Assembly: GCA_964016885.1 (NCBI GenBank)
Contig: OZ024744.1
Location: 125,178,001 to 125,242,000 of the forward strand
DNA: 64,000 nucleotides
Source of the DNA: Eledone cirrhosa
Lineage: Eukaryota
Direction: 5' to 3'
Below, piece after piece: positions 24,688 through 36,500 of the stretch. The notes below the pieces were generated by a model. That model made no database searches and was not told where the DNA came from. It saw only the letters and a list, made by a program, of their open reading frames with translations. The number at the start of each line of letters is the position of its first letter. The stretch's first letter is position 1. A program made the translations under genes and the position numbers.

Positions 24688-25222
24688 CTGTGTACTAAGT
24701 GTAGCATATTATATCCTTGTTCAGGGCCTTCCTGACATTACTGTGTACTAAGGGTAGCATTTTATATCCTTGTTCAGGGCCATCTTAACATTGCTGTGTA
24801 CTAAGTGTAGCATATTATATCCTTGTTCGGGGCCTTCCTGACATTAGTGTGTACTGAGTGTAGATTTTAACATCCTTGTTCTGGGCCTTCCTAACATTAC
24901 TGTGTACTGAGTGTAGATTTTAACATCTTTGTTCAGGGCCTTCCTAACATTGCTGTGTACTAGGTGTAGCATATTATATCCTTGTTCAGGGCCCTCCTGA
25001 CATTACTGTGTACTAAGTGTAGATTTTGATATCCTTGTTCAGGGCCATCCTAACATTACTGTGTACTAAGAGTAGCATTATATATCCTTGTTCAGGGCCT
25101 TCCTAACATTACTGTGTACTAAATGTAGATTTGGATATCCTTGTTCAGAGCCTTCCTTACATTACTGTGTACTAAGTGTAGCATTTCATATACTTGTTCT
25201 GGGCCTTCCTAACGTTACTGTG
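24688..25222. repeat. 53-bp minisatellite, about 10 copies
   Basis: CTGTGTACTAAGTGTAGCATATTATATCCTTGTTCAGGGCCTTCCTAACATTA; starts at 24688, 24741 and onward. Confidence 0.92.
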
Positions 25223-25224
25223 GA

Positions 25225-26000
25225 AATAGTAGTTTATATCCAATATGTAATATAGATATGGATTCTACAGGACTAAAACTCATTAATATGAGGGGTATTA
25301 GTAGATTATATGCCATATTTAATAGAGAAATGGCTTCTACAAGACTAAAACTCATTAATATGAGGGGTATTACAGTTTATATGCCATATTTAATACAGAA
25401 ATGGCTTCTAAAGGACTAGAACTCTTTAAATTGAATAAAATAGTAGTATATATCCTATGTTTAATACAGAAATGCCTTCTAAAGGACTCATTAATATGAG
25501 GGTATTAGTAGATTATATAACATATTTAATACAGAAATGGCTTTTAAATTCAGGGACTCGTTAATTTGATGGAAATAGTAGTGTCTATGCAATATTTAAT
25601 ACAGAAATAGCTTCTACAGGACTAAAACTAATTAATATGAGGGGTATTAGTAGTATATGTGCCATATTTAATACAGAGATGGCTTCTAAATGGAGGTATC
25701 TCATTAATTCGATTGAAATGGTAGTGTATATGCAATATTTAATACAGAAATAGCTTCTACAAGAATAAAACTCATTAATATGAAGGTTATTATTACATTA
25801 TATGCCATATTTAATACAGAAATCGGTTCTAAAGGACTAGAACTCTTTAATTCAAATCAAATAGTAGTATAAAGCAATATTTACTACAGAAATGGCTTCT
25901 ACAAGACTAAAAATCCTTAATATGAGGGGTATTGTTAGATTATATACCATATTTAATACAGAAATGGCTTCTAAATGAAGAAATCTCTTTAATTCGATAG
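25225..26000. repeat. AT-rich ~70-bp minisatellite, about 11 diverged copies
   Basis: Recurrent TATTTAATACAGAAATGGCTTCTA...CTCATTAATATGAGGGG. Confidence 0.85.
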
Positions 26001-26654
26001 TAATAGTAATAATAATAATAGTAATAGTAATAATACAGCCAATTTTCCACGCAATACTTTTAGTTAGCACCCCGAACGCATAATTGGGAATATAATCACT
26101 TATTTCCTAATGTTTGTTGAGTGAGTTGGGAAAAAAAACTTGGGAAATATATTTTCAGGGTCTCAAAATCTTAAAGAGAAAAAAAAGTCCTGTGGAAGGT
26201 AGCAAAACAATTAGGAAGAAAATGGTTTGAAGTTGGTTGGTGAGTATAAGATTACAGTATCTTGTTGATTTCTATAAAGTTTACTTTTAACTGAATTGGT
26301 AAAAATGGATAAATTAGAAGACACAATATAATAACTAATATTGTCTTCTAAAACAGGGAATAAAAATATGTTGGTGTATTGGGGGGGGGGGGGGGTAAAC
26401 ATGTGAGTTAATGGGAATGTTTTTGTTTGTTTTTATTGAAACATATTCAATCTACAGATAGGTTGTTATAGTTATTTAGTCTCGGGTCTGCCATTATCTG
26501 CAGATTTATAATTGAGGGGTGTTCCAGGTGTGACCACCCTACATTATTCCTAGAGATTGTTACTCCTTCATTCTTCAGTCATCTTGGTCTTCTTATGAGA
26601 TGGTGGTGTAGTCTTATTTATTGTTAAGGTTATGGTCTTCCTTTGTCCACACTC

Positions 26655-26692
<38 letters not shown>

Positions 26693-26949
26693 AAAGGCTT
26701 CCTTCTCTGGAAAAAGATGATTTAATATTCACAACCATCTGTCTAATTGTTTTCTGATGAGAATAAAGTTAATCTTGCTTGTATGTCTACCTGATCAAAT
26801 GACTGGCTGATATCTTGAAGTCATTTACACCACAGAACTGTAGGAGTCTTGATCCCTCAAGCCATACCTCTAGCCATCATGTACTCCAAAAGAGTCTCAC
26901 CTTGGTGCTACTCAACATGTCCATTAAATTTAGCAGCAAGGATGCCCTC

Positions 26950-27730
26950 TTCTTAGTGAGAGACAACTACAAGAGAGGTTCTTAGAGAAGAATAAGCCAC
27001 TATAGTTAACTTTTGTTGACATAGAGAACCCCGATCTGTCATCTGGTGGTCCTTAAGGAAACTAGGTGTAGGGGAATGGCTTGTGAGGACAGTGCAAGCT
27101 ATGTACAAGGGTGCTGTCAGTAAAGTGAGAGGAGGAATTCCAGAAACAAAGTAGGTGTACATCAGGGTTCGGTCCTCAGTCCGCTCTTGTTCATTATAGT
27201 CCTCCCTCCCTCCCTCCCTCCCTCCCTCCCTCCCTCCAAGCCATAACAGAGGAGGAGTAGTTTAAGACTGGATGCCCATGGGAACTTCTCTATGCTGACG
27301 ATCTGGTTCTTATAGCAGAATCAGTAGAGGAGCTAGCTAGAGAATAAATTCTGGCTATGGAAACAGCAGTAGTTGGAATCAAGAAGACTGAGAGTGAACC
27401 TAGCTAAGACAAAAGTGTTTATAAGTAGAAGAGAGGACAAAACTCTGATTCTGTCAGGGAAATGGCCATGTTCGATATGTAGGAAAGGAGTTGGCATAAA
27501 TTCTATGAAATGTAGTACGCAATGCAGATCTTGGCTACACAAGAGATGTAGTGGGATAGCAGGAAAACTGACTGACAGGTAGGGAGAAATACGTATGCAG
27601 TAGATGTACAGGGAAATTTGACAGAGATTGCAGTGATAGACACATTTTTCAAATGCAGGTGGGATCTATAGAGGGAGTTGATAGCTTCTGATACCTAGGT
27701 GATCAGATTAGTAAGGGAGGAGGGTGATAT
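26950..27730 (+). mobile_element. Degenerate RTE-like LINE RT region
   Basis: Encodes VHQGSVLSPLLF near 27157, ELLYADDLVLIAES near 27282, and GKWPCSICRKGVG..C..C..WLHKRCSG; interrupted by (CCCT)n. Confidence 0.85.
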
Positions 27731-28065
27731 AAAATATATTGTTATCATGACTGTCTTTATTATTTAAATTACCTCTGTCTATTTACAGATTTTACAGAGT
27801 GTACTGGGTGCTTTTATGATGGGAGCAGCAACTCTATACGATTTTACAGAGTGTACTTGGTGCTTTTATCATGGCACATGGCAGCAGCAGCAGCAGCAGC
27901 AACTACGATTTTACAGAGTGTACTTGGTGCTTTTTACTCTGACATCAGCACTGAGGAAGTTGTCATATTTTCAGCTAAATTAATGAGTAGAAAAACCAAG
28001 TTTCTGCTACAAAAAATTCTCAGATTCAAGGGAGACATTCAGTTTAAGTATGGTATACTGTCACT

Positions 28066-28230
28066 AAGGCAGCAAATTGGCAGAGTCGCTAGAATATCAG
28101 ATAGCATTCTTTACATTATTTGTTTCAGCTCTCTGTTCTCTCAATTCAAATCCTGCTCAGGTCAACTTTGCCTTTCATCCATACAAAATAGATTAATAAA
28201 AGTACCAGTGTATTACTGGGGTCAATTCTT
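28066..28230 (+). mobile_element. Degenerate SINE
   Basis: TGGCAGAGTCG...TTCAAATCCTGCTCAGGTCAACTTTGCCTTTCATCC...AAAGTACCAGT. Confidence 0.65.
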
Positions 28231-28258
28231 CTTCTAACTCTTCTGCACTTCCATTCTC

Positions 28259-28297
<39 letters not shown>

Positions 28298-28519
28298 GCT
28301 TCTTTAGAACACATCTGCTGTATTCAGACCTGGAGCGGAGATGGGCTCCACCAAGTTTTAAAAATTGCCCTTTAAGCGCTGTATGTCAATATGGTGCCCC
28401 TATGATTCCCTCCCTCAGGAGTTATGGGACCATAGATACTGTCAATTGTAAAGAATAACAGAGATATTCAGTGCTAGTGTGGTGTTCTGTCAGTTGTGGA
28501 GATTGATGAATCTAAACAG

Positions 28520-28720
28520 AAATATCAACAGCACTTTTCATTTCTGAGTAACACATTTGTTACCAAGTGCTGCATGGCTGGAATGAAAATCAGTGCTGTG
28601 AAAACCAAGACATTCATCCTCTCAAGGAAGCTTGTGCAGTGCACTCTACATGTAAATGGAGTCCCACTGAAGCAGGTAGAAAAGTTCATGTATCTCGAAG
28701 CTGTGTTCACGAGTGATGAC
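28520..28720 (+). mobile_element. Small LINE RT-thumb fragment
   Basis: GMKISAVKTKT...NGVPLKQVEKFMYL resembles the LKQVxxFKYLG motif. Confidence 0.65.
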
Positions 28721-28857
28721 AGAGACGGCAAAGGCACAACACACAACAGAAGAAAAGAACAATGACAATTATTATTATTATTATTATTATTATTTGTTTT
28801 ATTAGTTTTATTATAATAAAAATTGTGCTGTTAGTTTGCTTGCTATACCATCATGTA

Positions 28858-28944
28858 CCCTAACCCTAAACCTAACCCCAACTCCAACTCTGACCCTAAA
28901 CCTAACCCCAACCCTAACCCCAACCCTAACCCTAACCCTAACCC
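28858..28944 (+). repeat. Interstitial telomere-like (CCCTAA)n tract, degenerate
   Basis: Directly visible; abuts the 172-bp array. Confidence 0.85.
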
Positions 28945-30046
28945 ACGATAGAAGACGTTCGTTACCGCTGGAGCAACGCAAATTACTCCTCGGTTGACGC
29001 CAAAAACGAACGCCTTCTCGACGGCTAGCCGCATTTCGTGATCCGCCTTTCGATTGCGCTTCCGTCGCGGAAAAAGAATTGCCTTTATAGGCCGCCGCCG
29101 CCGCCCGACCGGACCCACGATAGAAGACGTTCGTTACCGCTGGAGCAACGCAAATTACTCCTCGGTTGACGCCAAAAACGAACGCCTTCTCGACGGCTAG
29201 CCGCATTTCGTGATCCGCCTTTCGATTGCGCTTCCGTCGCGGAAAAAGAATTGCCTTTATAGGCCGCCGCCGCCCGACCGGACCCACGATAGAAGACGTT
29301 CGTTACCGCTGGAGCAACGCAAATTACTCCTCGGTTGACGCCAAAAACGAACGCCTTCTCGACGGCTAGCCGCATTTCGTGATCCGCCTTTCGATTGCGC
29401 TTCCGTCGCGGAAAAAGAATTGCCTTTATAGGCCGCCGCCGCCGCCCGACCGGACCCACGATAGAAGACGTTCGTTACCGCTGGAGCAACGCAAATTACT
29501 CCTCGGTTGACGCCAAAAACGAACGCCTTCTCGACGGCTAGCCGCATTTCGTGATCCGCCTTTCGATTGCGCTTCCGTCGCGGAAAAAGAATTGCCTTTA
29601 TAGGCCGCCGCCGCCGCCCGACCGGACCCACGATAGAAGACGTTCGTTACCGCTGGAGCAACGCAAATTACTCCTCGGTTGACGCCAAAAACGAACGCCT
29701 TCTCGACGGCTAGCCGCATTTCGTGATCCGCCTTTCGATTGCGCTTCCGTCGCGGAAAAAGAATTGCCTTTATAGGCCGCCGCCGCCGCCCGACCGGACC
29801 CACGATAGAAGACGTTCGTTACCGCTGGAGCAACGCAAATTACTCCTCGGTTGACGCCAAAAACGAACGCCTTCTCGACGGCTAGCCGCATTTCGTGATC
29901 CGCCTTTCGATTGCGCTTCCGTCGCGGAAAAAGAATTGCCTTTATAGGCCGCCGCCGCCGCCCGACCGGACCCACGATAGAAGACGTTCGTTACCGCTGG
30001 AGCAACGCAAATTACTCCTCGGTTGACGCCAAAAACGAACGCCTTC
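28941..30046 (+). repeat. 172-bp tandem subrepeats (6 full plus 1 partial), putative rDNA spacer or ETS repeats
   Basis: ACCCACGATAGAAGACG at 28941, 29113, 29282, 29454, 29626, 29798, 29970; ends ~360 bp before the 18S start. Confidence 0.92.
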
Positions 30047-30403
30047 CGGTTCGGGCGACGTAAAAGTCTGTAGCCTTTTCGCCGATCCTCGACGATTATC
30101 CGCCTTCCGAACAACCGCCTTTCCGCCGTCACAGCAGTAGGTACTCGTCCGTCGTAATAGCCGTCATTTTAATGCAGGAGAAACGCCTAAATGCACTGCG
30201 ATTAACGACGATCTACGACGCGCTTACTCTTCCTTGCTGCGACGAAGGTTTCGTTCGGCTTTTCGTCGTGGACCCGGTCAGGTCATGCCGCTGATCTCGC
30301 GTTGCGTCGTTACCGCTGGAGCAACGCAAATTACTCCTCGTTTAACGCCAACATCGAACGCGCTTCGGTTCTCGGTCGTCGTTGTTTTGTTTCGTGCGGA
30401 AGA
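30047..30403 (+). other. Putative 5' ETS / leader of the rDNA-like unit
   Basis: CpG-rich sequence contiguous with the 18S 5' end; homologous to 21990-22500. Confidence 0.55.
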
Positions 30404-30589
30404 TACCTGGGTGATCCTGCCAGTAGTCATATGCTTGTCTCAAAGCTTAAGCCATGCAAGTGGAAGTTCATGCCGTAAACGAAAATGGTGAAACCGCGAA
30501 TGGCTCAGGAACCGGATCTAATCCTCGGGACCGTATTCCTCACCGCGAGGAGAGGATAACTGTGGCAATTCTAGAGCTAATACATGCAA
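30404..30589 (+). pseudogene. 18S rRNA 5' fragment (~185 nt)
   Basis: TACCTGGgTGATCCTGCCAGTAGTCATATGCTTGTCTCAAAGcTTAAGCCATGCA...GTGAAACCGCGAATGGCTCA...GGATAACTGTGGCAATTCTAGAGCTAATACATGC, then truncated. Confidence 0.95.
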
Positions 30590-33500
30590 TTGAGATCGGA
30601 GAGGGAGCGATCCGTCTGCTTGATTCCGATAACGAACGAGACATTCGTATCCGAAAGAACGTTTGTCTGGAAACTGGTGCAGTCAGTGAGTCGAAAAAAA
30701 AATATCTCGGTGGTAGTGGCAAATATTCGAACGAGACATTCGTATGCGAAAGAACGTTTGTCGGTGGTAGTAGCAAATATTCGAACGAGACATTCGTATG
30801 CGAAAGAACGTTTGTCTGGAAGTGGCGATCCATGCCCGGTGGATAGTTGGTTCCGGGTTTTACTATGATTGTTGCAAAACAGAAACTTAAAGGGATTGAC
30901 AGAATTTGCGATTACGGAGAGGGGGCGATCCGTCTGCTTGATTCCGATAACGAACGAGACATTCGTATCCGAAAGAACGTTTGTCTGGAAACTGGTGAGT
31001 CAGTGAGTCGAAAAAAAAATATCTCGGTGGTAGTAGCAAATATTCGAACGAGACATTCGTATGCGAAAGAACGTTTGTCGGTGGTAGTAGCAAATATTCG
31101 AACGAGACATTCGTATGCGAAAGAACGTTTGTCGGTGGTAGTAGCAAATATTCGAACGAGACATTCGTATGCGAAAGAACGTTTGTCGGTGGTAGTAGCA
31201 AATATTCGAACGAGACATTCGTATGCGAAAGAACGTTTGTCTGGAAGTGGCGATCCATGCCCGGTGGATAGTTGGTTCCGGGTTTTACTATGATTGTTGC
31301 AAAACAGAAACTTAAAGGGATTGACAGAATTTGCGATTACGGAGAGGGGGCGATCCGTCTGCTTGATTCCGATAACGAACGAGACATTCGTATCCGAAAG
31401 AACGTTTGTCTGGAAACTGGTGAGTCAGTGAGTCGAAAAAAAAATATCTCGGTGGTAGTAGCAAATATTCGAACGAGACATTCGTATGCGAAAGAACGTT
31501 TGTCGGTGGTAGTAGCAAATATTCGAACGAGACATTCGTATGCGAAAGAACGTTTGTCTGGAAGTGGCGATCCATGCTCGGTGGATAGTTGGTTCCGGGT
31601 TTTACTATGATTGTTGCAAAACAGAAACTTAAAAGGATTGACAGAATTTGCGATTCCGGAGAGGGGGCGATCCGTCTGCTTGATTCCGATAACGAACGAG
31701 ACATTCGTATCCGAAAGAACGTTTGTCTGGAAACTGGTGAGTCGAAAAAAAAATATCTCGGTGGTAGTAGCAAATATTCGTATGCGAAAGAAAAGATCTC
31801 GGTGGTAGTAGCAAATATTCGAACGAGACATTCGTAGGCGAAAGAAAAATATCTCGGTGGTAGTAGCAAATATTCGAACGAGACATTCGTATGCGAAAGA
31901 ACGTTTGTCGGTGGTAGTAGCAAATATTCGAACGAGACATTCGTATGCGAAAGAACGTTTGTCGGTGGTAGTAGCAAATATTCGAACGAGACATTCGTAT
32001 GCGAAAGAACGTTTGTCTGGAAGTGGCGATCCATGCCCGGTGGATAGTTGGTTCCGGGTTTTACTATGATTGTTGCAAAACAGAAACTTAAAGGGATTGA
32101 CAGAATTTGCGATTCCGGAGAGAGGGCGATCCGTCTGCTTGATTCCGATAACGAACGAGACATTCGTATCCGAAAGAACGTTTGTCTGGAAACTGGTGAG
32201 TCAGTGAGTCGAAAAAAAAATATCTCGGTGGTAGTAGCAAATATTCGTATGCGAAAGAAAAGATCTCGGTGGTAGTAGCAAATATTCGAACGAGACATTC
32301 GTAGGCGAAAGAAAAATATCTCGGTGGTAGTAGCAAATATTCGAACGAGACATTCGTATGCGAAAGAACGTTTGTCGGTGGTAGTAGCAAATATTCGAAC
32401 GAGACATTCGTATGCGAAAGAACGTTTGTCGGTGGTAGTAGCAAATATTCGAACGAGACATTCGTATGCGAAAGAACGTTTGTCTGGAAGTGGCGATCCA
32501 TGCCCGGTGGATAGTTGGTTCCGGGTTTTACTATGATTGTTGCAAAACAAAAACTTAAAGGGATTGACAGAATTTGCGATTCCGGAGAGAGGGCGATCCG
32601 TCTGCTTGATTCCGATAACGAACGAGACATTCGTATCCGAAAGAACGTTTGTCTGGAAACTGGTGAGTCAGTGAGTCGAAAAAAAAATATCTCGGTGGTA
32701 GTAGCAAATATTCGAACGAGACATTCGTATGCGAAAGAACGTTTGTCGGTGGTAGTAGCAAATATTCGAACGAGACATTCGTATGCGAAAGAACGTTTGT
32801 CGGTGGTAGTAGCAAATATTCGAACGAGACATTCGTATGCGAAAGAACGTTTGTCTGGAAGTGGCGATCCATGCCCGGTGGATAGTTGGTTCCGGGTTTT
32901 ACTATGATTGTTGCAAAACAAAAACTTAAAGGGATTGACAGAATTTGCGATTCCGGAGAGAGGGCGATCCGTCTGCTTGATTCCGATAACGAACGAGACA
33001 TTCGTATCCGAAAGAACGTTTGTCTGGAAACTGGTGAGTCAGTGAGTCGAAAAAAAAATATCTCGGTGGTAGTAGCAAATATTCGAACGAGACATTCGTA
33101 TGCGAAAGAACGTTTGTCGGTGGTAGTAGCAAATATTCGAACGAGACATTCGTATGCGAAAGAACGTTTGTCTGGAAGTGGCGATCCATGCCCGGTGGAT
33201 AGTTGGTTCCGGGTTTTACTATGATTGTTGCAAAACAGAAACTTAAAGGGATTGACAGAATTTGCGATTACGGAGAGGGGGCGATCCGTCTGCTTGATTC
33301 CGATAACGAACGAGACATTCGTATCCGAAAGAACGTTTGTCTGGAAACTGGTGAGTCAGTGAGTCGAAAAAAAAATATCTCGGTGGTAGTGGCAAATATT
33401 CGAACGAGACATTCGTATGCGAAAGAACGTTTGTCGGTGGTAGTAGCAAATATTCGAACGAGACATTCGTATGCGAAAGAACGTTTGTCTGGAAGTGGCG

Positions 33501-36500
33501 ATCCATGCCCGGTGGATAGTTGGTTCCGGGTTTTACTATGATTGTTGCAAAACAGAAACTTAAAGGGATTGACAGAATTTGCGATTACGGAGAGGGGGCG
33601 ATCCGTCTGCTTGATTCCGATAACGAACGAGACATTCGTATCCGAAAGAACGTTTGTCTGGAAACTGGTGAGTCAGTGAGTCGAAAAAAAAATATCTCGG
33701 TGGTAGTAGCAAATATTCGAACGAGACATTCGTATGCGAAAGAACGTTTGTCGGTGGTAGTAGCAAATATTCGAACGAGACATTCGTATGCGAAAGAACG
33801 TTTGTCTGGAAGTGGCGATCCATGCCCGGTGGATAGTTGGTTCCGGGTTTTACTATGATTGTTGCAAAACAGAAACTTAAAGGGATTGACAGAATTTGCG
33901 ATTCCGGAGAGGGGGCGATCCGTCTGCTTGATTCCGATAACGAACGAGACATTCGTATCCGAAAGAACGTTTGTCTGGAAACTGGTGAGTCAGTGAGTCG
34001 AAAAAAAAATATCTCGGTGGTAGTAGCAAATATTCGAACGAGACATTCGTATGCGAAAGAACGTTTGTCTGGAAGTGGCGATCCATGCCCGGTGGATAGT
34101 TGGTTCCGGGTTTTACTATGATTGTTGCAAAACAGAAACTTAAAGGGATTGACAGAATTTGCGATTCCGGAGAGGGGGCGATCCGTCTGCTTGATTCCGA
34201 TAACGAACGAGACATTCGTATCCGAAAGAACGTTTGTCTGGAAACTGGTGAGTCGAAAAAAAAATATCTCGGTGGTAGTAGCAAATATTCGTATGCGAAA
34301 GAAAAGATCTCGGTGGTAGTAGCAAATATTCGAACGAGACATTCGTAGGCGAAAGAAAAATATCTCGGTGGTAGTAGCAAATATTCGAACGAGACATTCG
34401 TATGCGAAAGAACGTTTGTCGGTGGTAGTAGCAAATATTCGAACGAGACATTCGTATGCGAAAGAACGTTTGTCTGGAAGTGGCGATCCATGCCCGGTGG
34501 ATAGTTGGTTCCGGGTTTTACTATGATTGTTGCAAAACAGAAACTTAAAGGGATTGACAGAATTTGCGATTCCGGAGAGAGGGCGATCCGTCTGCTTGAT
34601 TCCGATAACGAACGAGACATTCGTATCCGAAAGAACGTTTGTCTGGAAACTGGTGAGTCAGTGAGTCGAAAAAAAAATATCTCGGTGGTAGTAGCAAATA
34701 TTCGAACGAGACATTCGTATGCGAAAGAACGTTTGTCGGTGGTAGTAGCAAATATTCGAACGAGACATTCGTATGCGAAAGAACGTTTGTCTGGAAGTGG
34801 CGATCCATGCTCGGTGGATAGTTGGTTCCGGGTTTTACTATGATTGTTGCAAAACAGAAACTTAAAGGGATTGACAGAATTTGCGATTCCGGAGAGGGGG
34901 CGATCCGTCTGCTTGATTCCGATAACGAACGAGACATTCGTATCCGAAAGAACGTTTGTCTGGAAACTGGTGAGTCAGTGAGTCGAAAAAAAAATATCTC
35001 GGTGGTAGTAGCAAATATTCGAACGAGACATTCGTATGCGAAAGAACGTTTGTCGGTGGTAGTAGCAAATATTCGAACGAGACATTCGTATGCGAAAGAA
35101 CGTTTGTCTGGAAGTGGCGATCCATGCCCGGTGGATAGTTGGTTCCGGGTTTTACTATGATTGTTGCAAAACAGAAACTTAAAGGGATTGACAGAATTTG
35201 CGATTCCGGAGAGGGGGCGATCCGTCTGCTTGATTCCGATAACGAACGAGACATTCGTATCCGAAAGAACGTTTGTCTGGAAACTGGTGAGTCAGTGAGT
35301 CGAAAAAAAAATATCTCGGTGGTAGTAGCAAATATTCGAACGAGACATTCGTATGCGAAAGAACGTTTGTCGGTGGTAGTAGCAAATATTGGAACGAGAC
35401 ATTCGTATGCGAAAGAACGTTTGTCTGGAAGTGGCGATCCATGCCCGGTGGATAGTTGGTTCCGGGTTTTACTATGATTGTTGCAAAACAGAAACTTAAA
35501 GGGATTGACAGAATTTGCGATTCCGGAGAGGGGGCGATCCGTCTGCTTGATTCCGATAACGAACGAGACATTCGTATCCGAAAGAACGTTTGTCTGGAAA
35601 CTGGTGAGTCAGTGAGTCGAAAAAAAAATATCTCGGTGGTAGTAGCAAATATTCGAACGAGACATTCGTATGCGAAAGAACGTTTGTCGGTGGTAGTAGC
35701 AAATATTCGAACGAGACATTCGTATGCGAAAGAACGTTTGTCGGTGGTAGTAGCAAATATTCGAACGAGACATTCGTATGCGAAAGAACGTTTGTCTGGA
35801 AGTGGCGATCCATGCCCGGTGGATAGTTGGTTCCGGGTTTTACTATGACTGTTGCAAAACAGAAACTTAAAGGGATTGACAGAATTTGCGATTCCGGAGA
35901 GGGGGCGATCCGTCTGCTTGATTCCGATAACGAACGAGACATTCGTATCCGAAAGAACGTTTGTCTGGAAACTGGTGAGTCAGTGAGTCGAAAAAAAAAA
36001 TATCTCGGTGGTAGTAGCAAATATTCGAACGAGACATTCGTATGCGAAAGAACGTTTGTCGGTGGTAGTAGCAAATATTCGAACGAGACATTCGTATGCG
36101 AAAGAACGTTTGTCTGGAAACTGGTGAGTCAGTGAGTCGAAAAAAAAATATCTCGGTGGTAGTAGCAAATATTCGAACGAGACATTCGTATGCGAAAGAA
36201 CGTTTGTCGGTGGTAGTAGCAAATATTCGAACGAGACATTCGTATGCGAAAGAACGTTTGTCTGGAAGTGGCGATCCATGCTCGGTGGATAGTTGGTTCC
36301 GGGTTTTACTATGATTGTTGCAAAACAGAAACTTAAAGGGGTTGACAGAATTTGCGATTTCGGAGAGGGGGCGATCCGTCTGCTTGATTCCGATAACGAA
36401 CGAGACATTCGTATCCGAAAGAACGTTTGTCTGGAAACTGGTGAGTCAGTGAGTCGAAAAAAAAATATCTCGGTGGTAGTAGCAAATATTCGAACGAGAC

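Noticed and set aside
28955-28995. CGCAAATTAC in the 172-bp repeat as an 18S fragment
   Set aside because: Only about 10 nt match the 18S GCGCGCAAATTACCC motif, too short to support homology.
28811-30132. Repeated ~125-aa minus-strand ORFs
   Set aside because: By-product of the GC-rich 172-bp repeat, whose period is not a multiple of three.
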